Part shown: in pieces, positions 1-9,884 of the stretch
Layout: the number at the start of each line of letters is the position of its first letter
How positions within the stretch are numbered: the stretch's first letter is position 1
NCBI GenBank assembly: GCA_964510945.1
Contig: CAZEED010000004.1
Span: 1,250-65,249 of the forward strand
Origin: an uncultured Candidatus Saccharibacteria bacterium
GTDB taxonomy: Bacteria; Patescibacteriota; Saccharimonadia; Saccharimonadales; JAGQNJ01
DNA: 64,000 nucleotides
Reading direction: 5' to 3'
Notes under the pieces: generated by a model
The model's database searches: none
The model's input: only the letters and a program-made list of their open reading frames with translations
Told to the model about the DNA's origin: nothing
Program-made: the position numbers and the translations under genes

Positions 1-1226
1 ACAACTCTAACGATCAAGGCTTCAGTAGTCGTAGCCTCGACATCATCATGGTGAGCCTCGGCTGCATGCGCCACTGCTTCAGGTACACCGTATTTTCGCG
101 CCATTTCACCACTAATATGATGATGCTTGCCCTCTATCTTGTGAGTCAATGCCTTACCCATATCATGGATAAGTGCCGCGTATTTTGCGGTCTTTACATC
201 TGCACCTAGCTCTTCGGCGATCACACCAGCAATGTGGGCCATTTCAGTACTATGTTTTAGCACGTTTTGACCATAAGATGTTCGGTATTTTAGCTCACCA
301 ATTAACTGCAAAACTTCTTTTGGTATACCTACAATACCGACATCGCGCGCCGCATCTTCACCGGCTCGCATAACATCTTTTTGAACATTCTTTTGCGCTT
401 TTTCGACCGCTTCTTCAATTCGTCCAGGATGGAATCGTCCATCTTTTAGTAATGCCTCTAAAGTTTGCCTAGCAACTTCGCGACGCACAGGGTCAAAACT
501 AGATAGAACCACGTAACCAGGAGTATCGTCTACCATAATGTCTACACCTGTTGCTCGTTGCAAAGCCTGAATATTTCGGCCTTCTTTGCCGATAATTCGA
601 CCCTTCATCTCTTCATCTTCTAATTTGATAGATGTAATTGTGCGTTCAGCAGTAACCTCACTAGCCATTCGCTCCATGGCGCTGGTAATAATAAATGCTG
701 CTTTGTCTTCCGCCGTATCTTTGGCTTCATTTTGCATCTTGGCGATCAAACTCAAAAGATCATCCTTGATGTCTCGTTCGGTCATTTTCATCAACTTATC
801 GGCTGCGTCAGCTTTGGTTAATTTGGCGACTTTCTCTAGTTTGTCTTGTTGTTTCTTGCGAATATCCCTAATTTCGTCTTTGAGCGTTTCGATTTCTTCT
901 TCAGATTTACGAACTTTTTCCGTGCGTTTATCAATCTCATCTAATTTTTTATCTAGCGATTCTTCGCGGTCCAACAGTCGCTTTTCGACGTCTTTTGTTT
1001 CGCGACGCCTAGATTGTTCTTCTCTCCTAGCGGCGTCCGCAATCTCGTGAGCTTCTGTCTTTGCTTTAGATATTAGACTTTCAGCCTCTTTTTTTGCTTT
1101 ATCTAGCTCCTTTTTGGTTTTTTCCTCTACTGCTCCTGATTTTTGTTTTTGCACATATGTACTAACACCAAATCCGGTGCCAATACCAATTACACCCAAA
1201 ATTAAGCTTATGCCAATTGGTTCCAT
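1..1226 (-). CDS. rny: Ribonuclease Y (C-terminus runs off the window start)
   Basis: Own translation of the minus strand from ATG at 1226. It shows an N-terminal TM segment (MEPIGISLILGVIGIG), a long Lys/Glu coiled coil, a KH motif (GRIIGKEGRNIQAL) and an HD region (LIHDMGKA...HH..GEMARKYG). There is no stop before position 1. The + strand ORF 586..1050 is its low-complexity antisense shadow. Confidence 0.85.
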   Translation of the reverse strand, partial: MEPIGISLILGVIGIGTGFGVSTYVQKQKSGAVEEKTKKELDKAKKEAESLISKAKTEAHEIADAARREEQSRRRETKDVEKRLLDREESLDKKLDEIDKRTEKVRKSEEEIETLKDEIRDIRKKQQDKLEKVAKLTKADAADKLMKMTERDIKDDLLSLIAKMQNEAKDTAEDKAAFIITSAMERMASEVTAERTITSIKLEDEEMKGRIIGKEGRNIQALQRATGVDIMVDDTPGYVVLSSFDPVRREVARQTLEALLKDGRFHPGRIEEAVEKAQKNVQKDVMRAGEDAARDVGIVGIPKEVLQLIGELKYRTSYGQNVLKHSTEMAHIAGVIAEELGADVKTAKYAALIHDMGKALTHKIEGKHHHISGEMARKYGVPEAVAHAAEAHHDDVEATTTEALIVRV

Positions 1227-1408
1227 ATACCTATCCTTCCATGTTGTTCTGGCGTATTTACCCAACAATCACTATCACTTCTTTAGTTAGCTAAAATATC
1301 CAGATTTATCAATTGTTACTAAAAATCACTTACGGATTACACGTCCAAAACGTCGTCTGTATTCCTATTTATAATGATAATCCAAGCACGTCAAAACGAC
1401 AATGCTAA

Positions 1409-1798
1409 TTATTTTTTCTGCTTTGTAATGTGCGGGTCTCGGCCATATTCTGGCATAACTAATTCTTCATTTTTTCTTGCAATTAATTGCCTAACGCCCT
1501 TATCTTGCCAATCAGGTCCAGTCTCGCCAACTATCGGAATCTGTAGCTCGCTGGCCATAGTATTTGCCACTGTCAGCCCAATCCTTAGCCCAGTAAAACT
1601 CCCAGGACCTTTATAGCAAACTATTCCTTTCAGATCCCTTAGTTCAAGTTTATTTTTTCCTAATAATTCTCGTATCTTTGTATGAATTGTATTGCCAAGC
1701 TCGCGATGGGCAGACCATATATTCTCATCCAATTTTTTATCACCAGACAGTAGTGCAATCTCGGCCTCTGGTTTATCTGATCGAATAGTTAATATCAT
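1409..1798 (-). CDS. tsaB: tRNA t6A biosynthesis protein TsaB (short form)
   Basis: GPGSFTGLRIG motif. The likely start is M13 of the tracked ORF (MILTIRSD...), whose ATG overlaps the tsaE stop as ATGA at 1795..1798. Confidence 0.7.
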   Translation of the reverse strand: MILTIRSDKPEAEIALLSGDKKLDENIWSAHRELGNTIHTKIRELLGKNKLELRDLKGIVCYKGPGSFTGLRIGLTVANTMASELQIPIVGETGPDWQDKGVRQLIARKNEELVMPEYGRDPHITKQKK

Positions 1799-2259
1799 AG
1801 TTCCCTCATCAGATATTCTAACTTCTCTGGCCACCTTATTGTTAATTCTCTTGACTCATCAGGGCTCGGCATAAATTGAATTTTTAGCCTGTCTTCTGGC
1901 AATACCTTGCTAGCATCTTTTGCCCACTCGATCACGGTTACAATTTTGCTGTCTCCTAGAGCATCTTCTAGCTCGTAGCCAACCATGCCTGCCTGATTCA
2001 AACGATAAAAATCAAAATGCCAAATCTCATACCGCGGTGCGCTATAGACATTTTTTATAGTGAATGACGGACTAGACACGTTATCTTTAGACCCTGCACC
2101 ACGGGCTAGTCCACGCACAAACGTAGTTTTGCCACCTCCAAGATCGCTGGATAGCTCAATAACTTCACCTCCGCGCAATCTTTTGCCAATTTTCTCACCT
2201 AAACCTTCAGTCTGTTCAGCGCTTAAGCTAAGTATTTTTTTGCTTTGATTATCGATCAC
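1795..2259 (-). CDS. tsaE: tRNA t6A biosynthesis ATPase TsaE
   Basis: Walker A GGGKTTFVRGLARG. Size and fold pattern match the YjeE family. It is coupled to tsaB. Confidence 0.85.
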   Translation of the reverse strand: MIDNQSKKILSLSAEQTEGLGEKIGKRLRGGEVIELSSDLGGGKTTFVRGLARGAGSKDNVSSPSFTIKNVYSAPRYEIWHFDFYRLNQAGMVGYELEDALGDSKIVTVIEWAKDASKVLPEDRLKIQFMPSPDESRELTIRWPEKLEYLMREL

Positions 2260-2295
2260 CTATACATGATACAAGGCGCGACGTGTATAATAAAA

Positions 2296-2838
2296 ATGCT
2301 TATGATATTGGGTCAACAACTACTCGACAAACCTGTTCTCAGCCTACGCACCGGCGCGCCCGTGGCTACTGTTACCTCCATTATTGTTAATCCCAATAAC
2401 CTAAAGATCGAAGGCTGGCATGCCCGTGATATTAATCGCAAAACTGACGGAATTTTACTATCACAGGATATCCGTGATGTTGTCATGCAAGGATTCGCAG
2501 TAAACGACCACGATGCAATCTCTAGCCCCGAAGATCTCGTTAGGTTAAAACCAATCTTGGATCTCAATTTTGAATTAATAGGAAAGCCTGTATACACCGA
2601 GGACAAAAAACGCTTGGGCAAAGTTACAGATTACGCTTTCGACAAAAATAGTTTTTTTATACAAAAAATTTATGTTGGGCAATCGTTAGTAAAAAGTTTT
2701 AGTGGTGGAAGCCTAATTGTCGATCGTAGCCAAATTATTGAAATAACTCATAAACGCATTACCGTCAAAGAAGCCTCTGTCCCCGGTAAGGTTACAGTCT
2801 CTAACCCTGCTGTAGCCCAAGATGCTGCCCCCGCCTAG
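2296..2838 (+). CDS. PRC-barrel domain protein (two barrels)
   Basis: Pattern L..KPV.S..TG..V..V....V....L.I.G repeats twice. The start was moved to the ATG at 2296, just after a TATAAT box at 2285..2290. Confidence 0.6.
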   Translation: MLMILGQQLLDKPVLSLRTGAPVATVTSIIVNPNNLKIEGWHARDINRKTDGILLSQDIRDVVMQGFAVNDHDAISSPEDLVRLKPILDLNFELIGKPVYTEDKKRLGKVTDYAFDKNSFFIQKIYVGQSLVKSFSGGSLIVDRSQIIEITHKRITVKEASVPGKVTVSNPAVAQDAAPA

Positions 2839-2841
2839 CCA

Positions 2842-3453
2842 TCATTTAACAAACAAGTGCCTGTTCTCGATCATTAATTCATAAAGTCGCTCGTAGTACG
2901 GGCTAATAATTTTCGATGATGTTGCTTTATCTTTTTTTTGTTCATGAAGCTGTTCTAATGTTATTTTTTCAGTCTTCCATGTATATCCATCGTTTAGCAG
3001 ATTAAGCATTACTGGCAATATTTTGTCCAGCGAATAGACAAACTTAGCCTCGTCTGAATTCATTTTTTCGTATTCTTGAATATGATCATGCATATCAAAA
3101 AAATCTGGCCATTCTGCCTGAATCTTTTCAAGTGCTTCATGCTCACGTTTTTTCTTACTCTGTAGATGCTCTTTATCTGCAAAAATATAAGTATCGCCAG
3201 CGTAAACTTCTACTAAATCATGTACGAGCGCAAACCGTATAACCTTGTCTCTATCTATTTCTGGAAAATAATTCGCTAAAAACCATCCCATCATCGCCAA
3301 ACTATAGCTATGTTCTACGTCGTTTTCTTGTTTTTGTTTGTCATTCTTTTTTACATGAATAACTCTATCTATCGCTTGGAATTTCAACAAAAAACTCTGG
3401 AACTCAATTAGACGTTCTATGTTTGGCTTCGTTCTTTTGTCCTTCATCGTCAC
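2842..3453 (-). CDS. HD-domain phosphohydrolase (YfbR-like 5'-nucleotidase type)
   Basis: EHSYSLAMM...ALVHDLVEVYAGDT gives the H..HD..D signature. A paralogue lies at 52936..53586. Confidence 0.7.
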   Translation of the reverse strand: MTMKDKRTKPNIERLIEFQSFLLKFQAIDRVIHVKKNDKQKQENDVEHSYSLAMMGWFLANYFPEIDRDKVIRFALVHDLVEVYAGDTYIFADKEHLQSKKKREHEALEKIQAEWPDFFDMHDHIQEYEKMNSDEAKFVYSLDKILPVMLNLLNDGYTWKTEKITLEQLHEQKKDKATSSKIISPYYERLYELMIENRHLFVK

Positions 3454-3476
3454 TTAATAATAACAGATTGGGATAC

Positions 3477-4076
3477 CTAGCAATTCAAGGCATCTTTGAC
3501 ATCACCATAGCTAAAGCCTTGTCGTAACAAATACGCAATTAGTTTTTGGTCGTCCTGATAGCGACTTTGCGTGCGTTTTTTTACTATAAGTTCACGAATA
3601 ACGGTTAGCTCATCTGTATCATCTTCCTCCAATACCTCATCGATAACGGATTGCTCAACTCGTTTTTGTTTTAACTCCTGTGATAACTTTCGCTTACTAG
3701 TGGCTTTTAATAATCTTCGATTATCCACCCACACCTTTGCAAAATTATAATCATCAATATACTGTGATTTTTTTAACCTTGTTATTATTTGATCGATAAC
3801 CTCTGGCTCATAGTCTTTTCGCCTTAGATAGTCTCGTAGCTCCCACTCACTACGCGCTCGCCTCGACAACATATCTAGGCTTCGCATATAGGCTTTATCT
3901 AAAACTGCCGTCTGTTTTAACTGTTCTAATTTGGCCTCCGTGTACTCTTTATTTAGCCTTATGCCGGATTGCATTAGTTCGTTCTCTGACAAAGAAAAAG
4001 AATACTTATCATCGATAAAAACAGAATATCTATCCTGTCGCTTTACCTGCTGTTTAATATCTGTGACTTTTGGCAT
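3477..4076 (-). CDS. recX: RecA regulator RecX
   Basis: Repeated helical RecX pattern (RSEWELRDYLRRK..., YIDDYNFAKVWV) and matching size. Confidence 0.8.
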   Translation of the reverse strand: MPKVTDIKQQVKRQDRYSVFIDDKYSFSLSENELMQSGIRLNKEYTEAKLEQLKQTAVLDKAYMRSLDMLSRRARSEWELRDYLRRKDYEPEVIDQIITRLKKSQYIDDYNFAKVWVDNRRLLKATSKRKLSQELKQKRVEQSVIDEVLEEDDTDELTVIRELIVKKRTQSRYQDDQKLIAYLLRQGFSYGDVKDALNC

Positions 4077-4183
4077 AACTTAATGATATCAAGGTCTGTT
4101 TACAAATAGTTCCGTCTACTTGACATGAGGTTATCATTCGGTGTACATTCATAACATAAGCATAAAAATAAAAAAGGTAAAAA

Positions 4184-5371
4184 ATGACACAACAAAATAA
4201 CAAAGGTTTTTCGCACATAGAGACATTTTTAGTGCTCTTAGTGGTGGTGGTTATTAGTGCTATTGGATTTAGCGTATACAAACGTTCTTCCGGAAATGAA
4301 TTTAAACTTGCCAATGCAGCAGGTTGCCCAGTAGCTGCCCAAACAGTAGGGGCTAGAGCGAGACACTGGAGAATAAATAAAGAAACCTGGATTAGAGACC
4401 AAGGTTCAAATTATCTATGGGTTCTTAAGATTGGTGGTAGCTCAGAAAGGATTAGGGACATAAATAATTCTCAAAATCGAATGCTAAAAAATCATGACTT
4501 AAGGTTGTTGCAACGACAAGAGATGGCTAGCATGTTTGGTTTTGGAGGCACAGCAGGCGGTGCAACATGGGATGAAATATGCAAAAGCGAACAACGATGC
4601 GGAGATCCTTCAACGTCAAACTGGGGTGATGATGTAAAAGTTAGAAAATGTCGAACCGCTGAGTTAAATAAGTCACTACCGAAATACATGAAAGGTATGA
4701 AAACTATATACACCGACAATAAAGGTGTAAAGCTAAAAGCATGTAGAGATTCAAACAATCCGGCCAGACCTGTACGATTTGCGGTATATGACATCTACAC
4801 AAAGGCGAAACAAGTAGCTCGGAGTAGATCTAATGGCGCGGTAACCGGAAGTGACATTGCGCGCGCTCAAAACGAACTTTACAATTATGGGAGTCCAAGT
4901 CGAACCACAGCCAGTGAAACATACGAGTCATTCGTGGGTCACCTACAACTTAATTCCGGCAAAACAAGGAAGGTTTGGGACGGACGGAGTAAAGTAGCGT
5001 CTATCCAACGAATCAGATCCAATAGTGGAGTTAGCTGGTATACGGGTAGCAGAGATCCGAAAAATCTATCAGAAACTCTGTATTTTTACAACAAGATTGA
5101 AGGCTACGATAAAAAAGCTAATGGTGGCGAGACAAATCCTATCGTAAAATTCAGGCTTAAATATTCAAGCAATGGAACTGAAGTTAAAAAGATTGTTACT
5201 GCTAGATTCAAAAAATTATCAGTCTGCGGCAAAAAGATGTTCCCAGCAACATACTACGAAGAAGCTGTTCAGCAAGGATGGGAAAGCTCGTCCGGTACCA
5301 TAAAGACTGGTCCATACGGGGACACCTCAAACCCATACGCCGACAGAACATCTTCATCGCACGTTCTTTAA
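4184..5371 (+). CDS. Large secreted protein with a type IV prepilin-like leader; body unknown
   Basis: N-terminus MTQQNNKG|FSHIETFLVLLVVVVISAIGF has G at -1, F at +1 and E at +5, followed by a hydrophobic helix. The rest has no motif I recognise. Confidence 0.5.
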   Translation: MTQQNNKGFSHIETFLVLLVVVVISAIGFSVYKRSSGNEFKLANAAGCPVAAQTVGARARHWRINKETWIRDQGSNYLWVLKIGGSSERIRDINNSQNRMLKNHDLRLLQRQEMASMFGFGGTAGGATWDEICKSEQRCGDPSTSNWGDDVKVRKCRTAELNKSLPKYMKGMKTIYTDNKGVKLKACRDSNNPARPVRFAVYDIYTKAKQVARSRSNGAVTGSDIARAQNELYNYGSPSRTTASETYESFVGHLQLNSGKTRKVWDGRSKVASIQRIRSNSGVSWYTGSRDPKNLSETLYFYNKIEGYDKKANGGETNPIVKFRLKYSSNGTEVKKIVTARFKKLSVCGKKMFPATYYEEAVQQGWESSSGTIKTGPYGDTSNPYADRTSSSHVL

Positions 5372-5471
5372 GGACAAAGAAATATTAAAACTTGGGTTGG
5401 AAGTATTTTACTAACTCTATATAAAGTTGTCTGAGTAACTAATCGTGATGCACGGAACCTATATAGCTAGC

Positions 5472-6068
5472 TCACTTTTCGATAACTATAAATTCTCCCT
5501 CACCTAGAGCATGTATAGGCAAATCTTTGTCACCATATTGTTCTAGTTCAAACTTCGCTTTTCCCCAATCAATCGGGCCACGCGGGTCATCATTACCAAA
5601 TTCAGAACCAAAATGAGGAATAAACTTTATCGGAAGAACACCAAATCCATCTTGGCATTCTCGCCAATCACAAGTCCAATATGCACTCGCTAGCATGTCC
5701 GAACTCGCTGAGTTAGTAGCCACAACTTTGTTCTCAAAAATAGCTGGTATATCAAACTGCTTCATCCAATACTGCATCAGGTGATCGTCCCCTCCATGAA
5801 AATAAATTACATCAGAATTTTTGCATTGCCTTACAAACTTATCTGGAATTGCTAATTCAAACGTTGGCTTTGTGCCTAATGGCATATCTTCTGCGATTGC
5901 CGTCGAGTAGCTAGGAAACTTAGCCTCCCAATACTCGCGTCCTTGAGCAAAATTACACAATAGAAATTTTGGACTATTCCCCAGGTCTTTTACAATTTCT
6001 CGGTGAAACTTTCTCTTTAGATTAGGATAACGTTTAATACCCCCAGAATTCACTACATATTTCGTCAC
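5472..6068 (-). CDS. Peptidase S51 / type-1 glutamine-amidotransferase-like protein (tentative)
   Basis: IYFHGGD...VVATNSASSDM resembles the GGG/SAG arrangement of the dipeptidase E family. It overlaps the upstream gene by 4 nt. Confidence 0.4.
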   Translation of the reverse strand: MTKYVVNSGGIKRYPNLKRKFHREIVKDLGNSPKFLLCNFAQGREYWEAKFPSYSTAIAEDMPLGTKPTFELAIPDKFVRQCKNSDVIYFHGGDDHLMQYWMKQFDIPAIFENKVVATNSASSDMLASAYWTCDWRECQDGFGVLPIKFIPHFGSEFGNDDPRGPIDWGKAKFELEQYGDKDLPIHALGEGEFIVIEK

Positions 6069-6625
6069 AGCAACTGTCTCTCTGTCAATATTTCTAATAA
6101 CTTTGGAAATTGTTTATAATCTTCGCTTTGCTCGAGATTGAAGTGTCCCTGGTTCTTGATGACTAATAGCTCTGTACGACTCTTTCCGGCTATTTTTTCA
6201 GCCTTTTCTAGCGGCACATACGGGTCATTGTCAGAATTTATGATTAATCGCTTTGAACGATTTGCACGGAGTTTATCGTAATCAAAGTCAACATCAAAAA
6301 GTCGTTCATTAGGGTCCCAATTCAGTGAGTTATCAATAAAAATCGACACAGCGATTAGCGCCCCGACATTATAGCCAGATTGCAACAATAACAATCCTAG
6401 AATCGCACCACTAGAATGGCCAACAACAAGAGTATTTTTATCTATCTCAAAGGGACAATTCTCTTCGACAAACTTTAGCCACTCTTTCAAGCTTGGCTTA
6501 TCGGCATTAGGTAAAGATGGCAACCAAACCTCCATACGACGCTTAACAAGTTGTTTTTCTAGCCAACGGAACCAATTACCCTCAGAAGACCCCATGGTGC
6601 CATGCAATATTATCGCTTTCTTCAT
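6065..6625 (-). CDS. Alpha/beta serine hydrolase (YdeN/RBBP9-like)
   Basis: ILHG...NWF..L, nucleophile elbow GHSSG, and about 185 aa in length. Confidence 0.65.
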   Translation of the reverse strand: MKKAIILHGTMGSSEGNWFRWLEKQLVKRRMEVWLPSLPNADKPSLKEWLKFVEENCPFEIDKNTLVVGHSSGAILGLLLLQSGYNVGALIAVSIFIDNSLNWDPNERLFDVDFDYDKLRANRSKRLIINSDNDPYVPLEKAEKIAGKSRTELLVIKNQGHFNLEQSEDYKQFPKLLEILTERQLL

Positions 6626-6641
6626 AATCGATAATTATAGC

Positions 6642-7190
6642 TTATTTTTCAACTTGATTAGTTGTGGTTTGTTGTCTTAAAAACCATTTTTCACTCACCG
6701 GAATTAATACGCCATCACATGTAGAGAAAACTAAAATACCCGTATTTAAAGCTCTTTCAGAGCTTAAATCGTGTTTTTCTGCCACTGTTTCTCTAAAATA
6801 CTTTCTCCACCAAGCTGCTGCCTCGGCGCTAATATTGTTACGCCATTCCTCAGAGCATGACTGATTCTCAAGAGAATTTATTGCATCAACTGCGTGTATA
6901 CCTACATATCTAAACATTTCAATACGTGTCCTAACAGGCAGACCTATTCCTCGCCAGGCTTCACGAACGTCTGGTGGAGCAGGGCTAGATTGTTCGGTAG
7001 GTGGAATTGTAATAATAAAAGATGCTGCAATTGGTGCGACCATACCAAGTCTATTCAATATTGCCTCTTGATCATCCATATCAACTTCTGGGGAACGATG
7101 TAGGCCGGCTGAAAGTTCCTGATATGATGGCGCTGCACTAAAAACATAATCACCAACAATTTCACTCGATCCAGCGCTAAATCTTGCCAT
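6642..7190 (-). CDS. Hypothetical protein, second gene of the AbrB-like pair
   Basis: Long ORF lying 17 nt downstream of 7207..7389 on the same strand. No recognisable motif. Confidence 0.4.
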   Translation of the reverse strand: MARFSAGSSEIVGDYVFSAAPSYQELSAGLHRSPEVDMDDQEAILNRLGMVAPIAASFIITIPPTEQSSPAPPDVREAWRGIGLPVRTRIEMFRYVGIHAVDAINSLENQSCSEEWRNNISAEAAAWWRKYFRETVAEKHDLSSERALNTGILVFSTCDGVLIPVSEKWFLRQQTTTNQVEK

Positions 7191-7206
7191 TAATGCATAT
7201 TATAGC

Positions 7207-7389
7207 TTACTTTTTAATGTCAAGCTGTATGACTAGATTTTGGCCACGTCTGACTAAACGGACCTTTTGTTTTGGTGCCAGTGCAAATTTGCGAACGTAT
7301 CTAATTGGTATTGTCAGTCCAAGACTCCGACCATCACCCATGAGAGTTAGGGAACGGACATTTTCGTCTTCAACATTATTTCGAGCCAT
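7207..7389 (-). CDS. SpoVT/AbrB-type DNA-binding protein (antitoxin-like)
   Basis: GRSLGLTIPIRYVRKFALAPKQKVRLVRRGQNLVIQL fits the swapped-hairpin AbrB/MazE pattern. Confidence 0.5.
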   Translation of the reverse strand: MARNNVEDENVRSLTLMGDGRSLGLTIPIRYVRKFALAPKQKVRLVRRGQNLVIQLDIKK

Positions 7390-7462
7390 CTTCTATCCTA
7401 ATCTGCATTATTATTTCGCTCTTGCATCTATTGAATAATCCATAAATATTCTACACTAATCC

Positions 7463-7504
7463 AACATATATTGCTACTGAATTAATTCAGTAGCAATATA
7501 TGTT
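7463..7504. promoter_or_regulatory. Perfect 42-bp palindrome (operator or hairpin)
   Basis: AACATATATTGCTACTGAATT|AATTCAGTAGCAATATATGTT. It lies between the nudix stop (7581) and the AbrB-like start (7389). On the minus strand it is followed directly by a TGTAGAAT -10-like box and has no U-tract. Confidence 0.5.
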
Positions 7505-7580
7505 AGTCATTTAATGGTTAATTGGTAAAAAGAAGAGTATTAGTGTTGTATTTGATGCAACGGTAAGGCAGGGAAGTGGG

Positions 7581-8093
7581 CTAGTAGTAGCGCTCGACTA
7601 CATCAATAACCCCATTAGTGCACAACTCTGGGTTTTCTTGAACAAGTCTTTTTAACTCGCTTTTTGAAAACCACTTAACTTCTGATACTTCCTTCTCTTG
7701 GAGTTTGTTTGGCGTGTCTTTTGTAACGTATTTATAGACGGTATTAAATTGATTCAAGGTATAGTCGCCGGCTTTTGTAGAATTATAGTATTTGCCGACT
7801 TCGATCAAGTGATCAGTTTTAATACCGATTTCTTCAAATAGCTCTCTCTTTGCTGCCGTCAGATAGTCTTCCCCATCATCAACATGCCCTGCTGCAGAGT
7901 TATCCCATCTTCCTGGATACAATGGGTTATTAAAAGACCTTTTTTGCAAAAGGACATTATCTCCAGACTCATCCTCGACCATAATTCGCGCTATACGCAC
8001 AGTCCAACCATGCAATCTAGCCTGATGCTGATCACCCGTTCTAACTACATGGTCATTTTTGTCAACGATCTGTACAAGAATATCGTGTGCCAC
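7581..8093 (-). CDS. Nudix hydrolase
   Basis: Nudix box GHVDDGEDYLTAAKRELFEEIGI. Confidence 0.85.
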   Translation of the reverse strand: MAHDILVQIVDKNDHVVRTGDQHQARLHGWTVRIARIMVEDESGDNVLLQKRSFNNPLYPGRWDNSAAGHVDDGEDYLTAAKRELFEEIGIKTDHLIEVGKYYNSTKAGDYTLNQFNTVYKYVTKDTPNKLQEKEVSEVKWFSKSELKRLVQENPELCTNGVIDVVERYY

Positions 8094-8094
8094 T

Positions 8095-9123
8095 TTATTC
8101 TACTTTTGCCTCGCGAACTTTCTTGGCTATTTCTTCCATAATTTTTGGATTATCTTCTAGATATTTTTTTGCGGCTTCGCGACCTTGCGAGATCTTTTCG
8201 CCTTTATAGCTAAACCACGCACCCGATTTTTCTACAATCTCTTTATCTGTAGCCATGTCTAGAATATCACCAGATCGGCTAATGCCTTGGTTGTACATAA
8301 TATCGAATTCGGCAATCCGAAATGGCGGAGCAATCTTATTCTTTACAACTTTTACTTTTGTGCGGTTGCCGATAATCTCTTCGCCTTTTTTGATCTGTCC
8401 AATCCGCCTAATATCCATACGCACGCTGGCATAAAACTTAAGCGCGTTACCACCAGTAGTGGTCTCTGGATTGCCAAACATCACCCCAATCTTCATTCTA
8501 ATCTGGTTTATAAATATAACTGTGGCATTAGAACGATTGATTACCCCCGTTAGCTTTCTAAGTGCTTGACTCATTAAGCGCGCCTGAAGACCCATATGAC
8601 TATCACCCATATCACCTTCAATCTCGGCCCTAGGTACTAATGCCGCGACAGAGTCGACCACAATCACATCAACTGCATTTGATCGAACAAGTGTCTCGGC
8701 TATTTCTAGAGCTTGTTCGCCGTTGTCGGGTTGAGAAACAAGTAGGTTTTCGGTCTTCACCCCTAACCTTTTAGCATAAGCCGGATCAAGTGCATGCTCG
8801 GCATCAATAAATGCTGCTCGTCCACCAGTTTTTTGAGCCTCAGCAATAACATGTAGTGCTAGTGTTGTTTTACCAGAGCTTTCAGGACCATATATCTCAA
8901 TTATGCGACCTTTTGGTATACCGCCACCAAGCGCCAAGTCAAGCGAAATACTACCTGTCGGGATACATTCAACATCAGCATTAGTCCCCTCGCCTAGTTT
9001 CATAATAGAACCTTTACCGAATTGTTTTTCTATATGATCAAGTGCTAGACCCAATGCCTTATCTTTGCCAGATTTCTCGCTAGCTTCCTTTTCAGTTTTT
9101 TTCGCATCAGCCTTGCTCGCCAT
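8095..9123 (-). CDS. recA: Recombinase RecA
   Basis: GPESSGKTT Walker A; full-length RecA pattern ([18 protein letters not shown]). Confidence 0.97.
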   Translation of the reverse strand: MASKADAKKTEKEASEKSGKDKALGLALDHIEKQFGKGSIMKLGEGTNADVECIPTGSISLDLALGGGIPKGRIIEIYGPESSGKTTLALHVIAEAQKTGGRAAFIDAEHALDPAYAKRLGVKTENLLVSQPDNGEQALEIAETLVRSNAVDVIVVDSVAALVPRAEIEGDMGDSHMGLQARLMSQALRKLTGVINRSNATVIFINQIRMKIGVMFGNPETTTGGNALKFYASVRMDIRRIGQIKKGEEIIGNRTKVKVVKNKIAPPFRIAEFDIMYNQGISRSGDILDMATDKEIVEKSGAWFSYKGEKISQGREAAKKYLEDNPKIMEEIAKKVREAKVE

Positions 9124-9256
9124 ATTTATTTAACCCTCCAGAATTTTGTAATTTAATCGTAATCCTAGTATAACAAATATCTAGCTAAGTACAGTGTTAA
9201 AAAACATAGATTGACCGTAGTCGATAAAGCATAAGCGGTGGTACACTATACTTAGC

Positions 9257-9838
9257 ATGAAATTAAAACAACGGCTTGATCGAGGATTTACTTTAGTTGA
9301 GATAATGATGGTTGTAATGGTCTTGGGTATCCTTGCAACAATAGCCTATGCCACACTTGGACAAAGCTACAAGCAAAAAGCTTATTATACGCGGGCTATT
9401 GCTGAACTTAATGCCATGGGAAACGCTGCCAACCTATATGTTGCCAAATATAACGACTATCCAGCCGATGTCGTTAGAGACGTGCCCGCAGATCTTAAGG
9501 AATTCGTCCAAGGTCAAGAGAATATTGATGAGTGGCCAAAGGCGCCTTGGCCCGGCAGTGTCTACGATTATGATAACTGGCCTCCTGACAGTAACGGACC
9601 TAATCAGACGTATCAAATAAGTGTCAGATTTTGTAATGCTGGCGACAGCGCAACATGTAAAAAACTCGCCAATAAATATCTAAAGGATTACGTATCGGCC
9701 GACACACTGGCAAACTGGGATTCAAATAGCTCGGTCTATTATTGCATTAAAGGATCGTGTCGATCACATCAATCTAAACCAATTAGTCACCCAGGATACT
9801 GCATAAATTGCGGGGAATCAAAAAGTTATATTAACTAA
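9257..9838 (+). CDS. Type IV pilin-like protein (Cys-rich)
   Basis: Leader MKLKQRLDRG|FTLVEIMMVVMVLGILA is a prepilin cleavage/methylation motif. Confidence 0.8.
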   Translation: MKLKQRLDRGFTLVEIMMVVMVLGILATIAYATLGQSYKQKAYYTRAIAELNAMGNAANLYVAKYNDYPADVVRDVPADLKEFVQGQENIDEWPKAPWPGSVYDYDNWPPDSNGPNQTYQISVRFCNAGDSATCKKLANKYLKDYVSADTLANWDSNSSVYYCIKGSCRSHQSKPISHPGYCINCGESKSYIN

Positions 9839-9884
9839 AGATGGTTATGTTAAGCCAGATTTTATATAATACTAATAAATAATC

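Noticed and set aside
586-1050. 154-aa + strand ORF rich in Ser/Leu/Ile
   Set aside because: It is the antisense shadow of the Lys/Glu-rich coiled coil of rny. It has low-complexity composition and no start context. The same applies to 37837..38121, 38173..38439, 20436..20867, 21186..21755 and 44558..45004, which lie opposite dnaK, ruvB, the SDR/ruvA and murJ.
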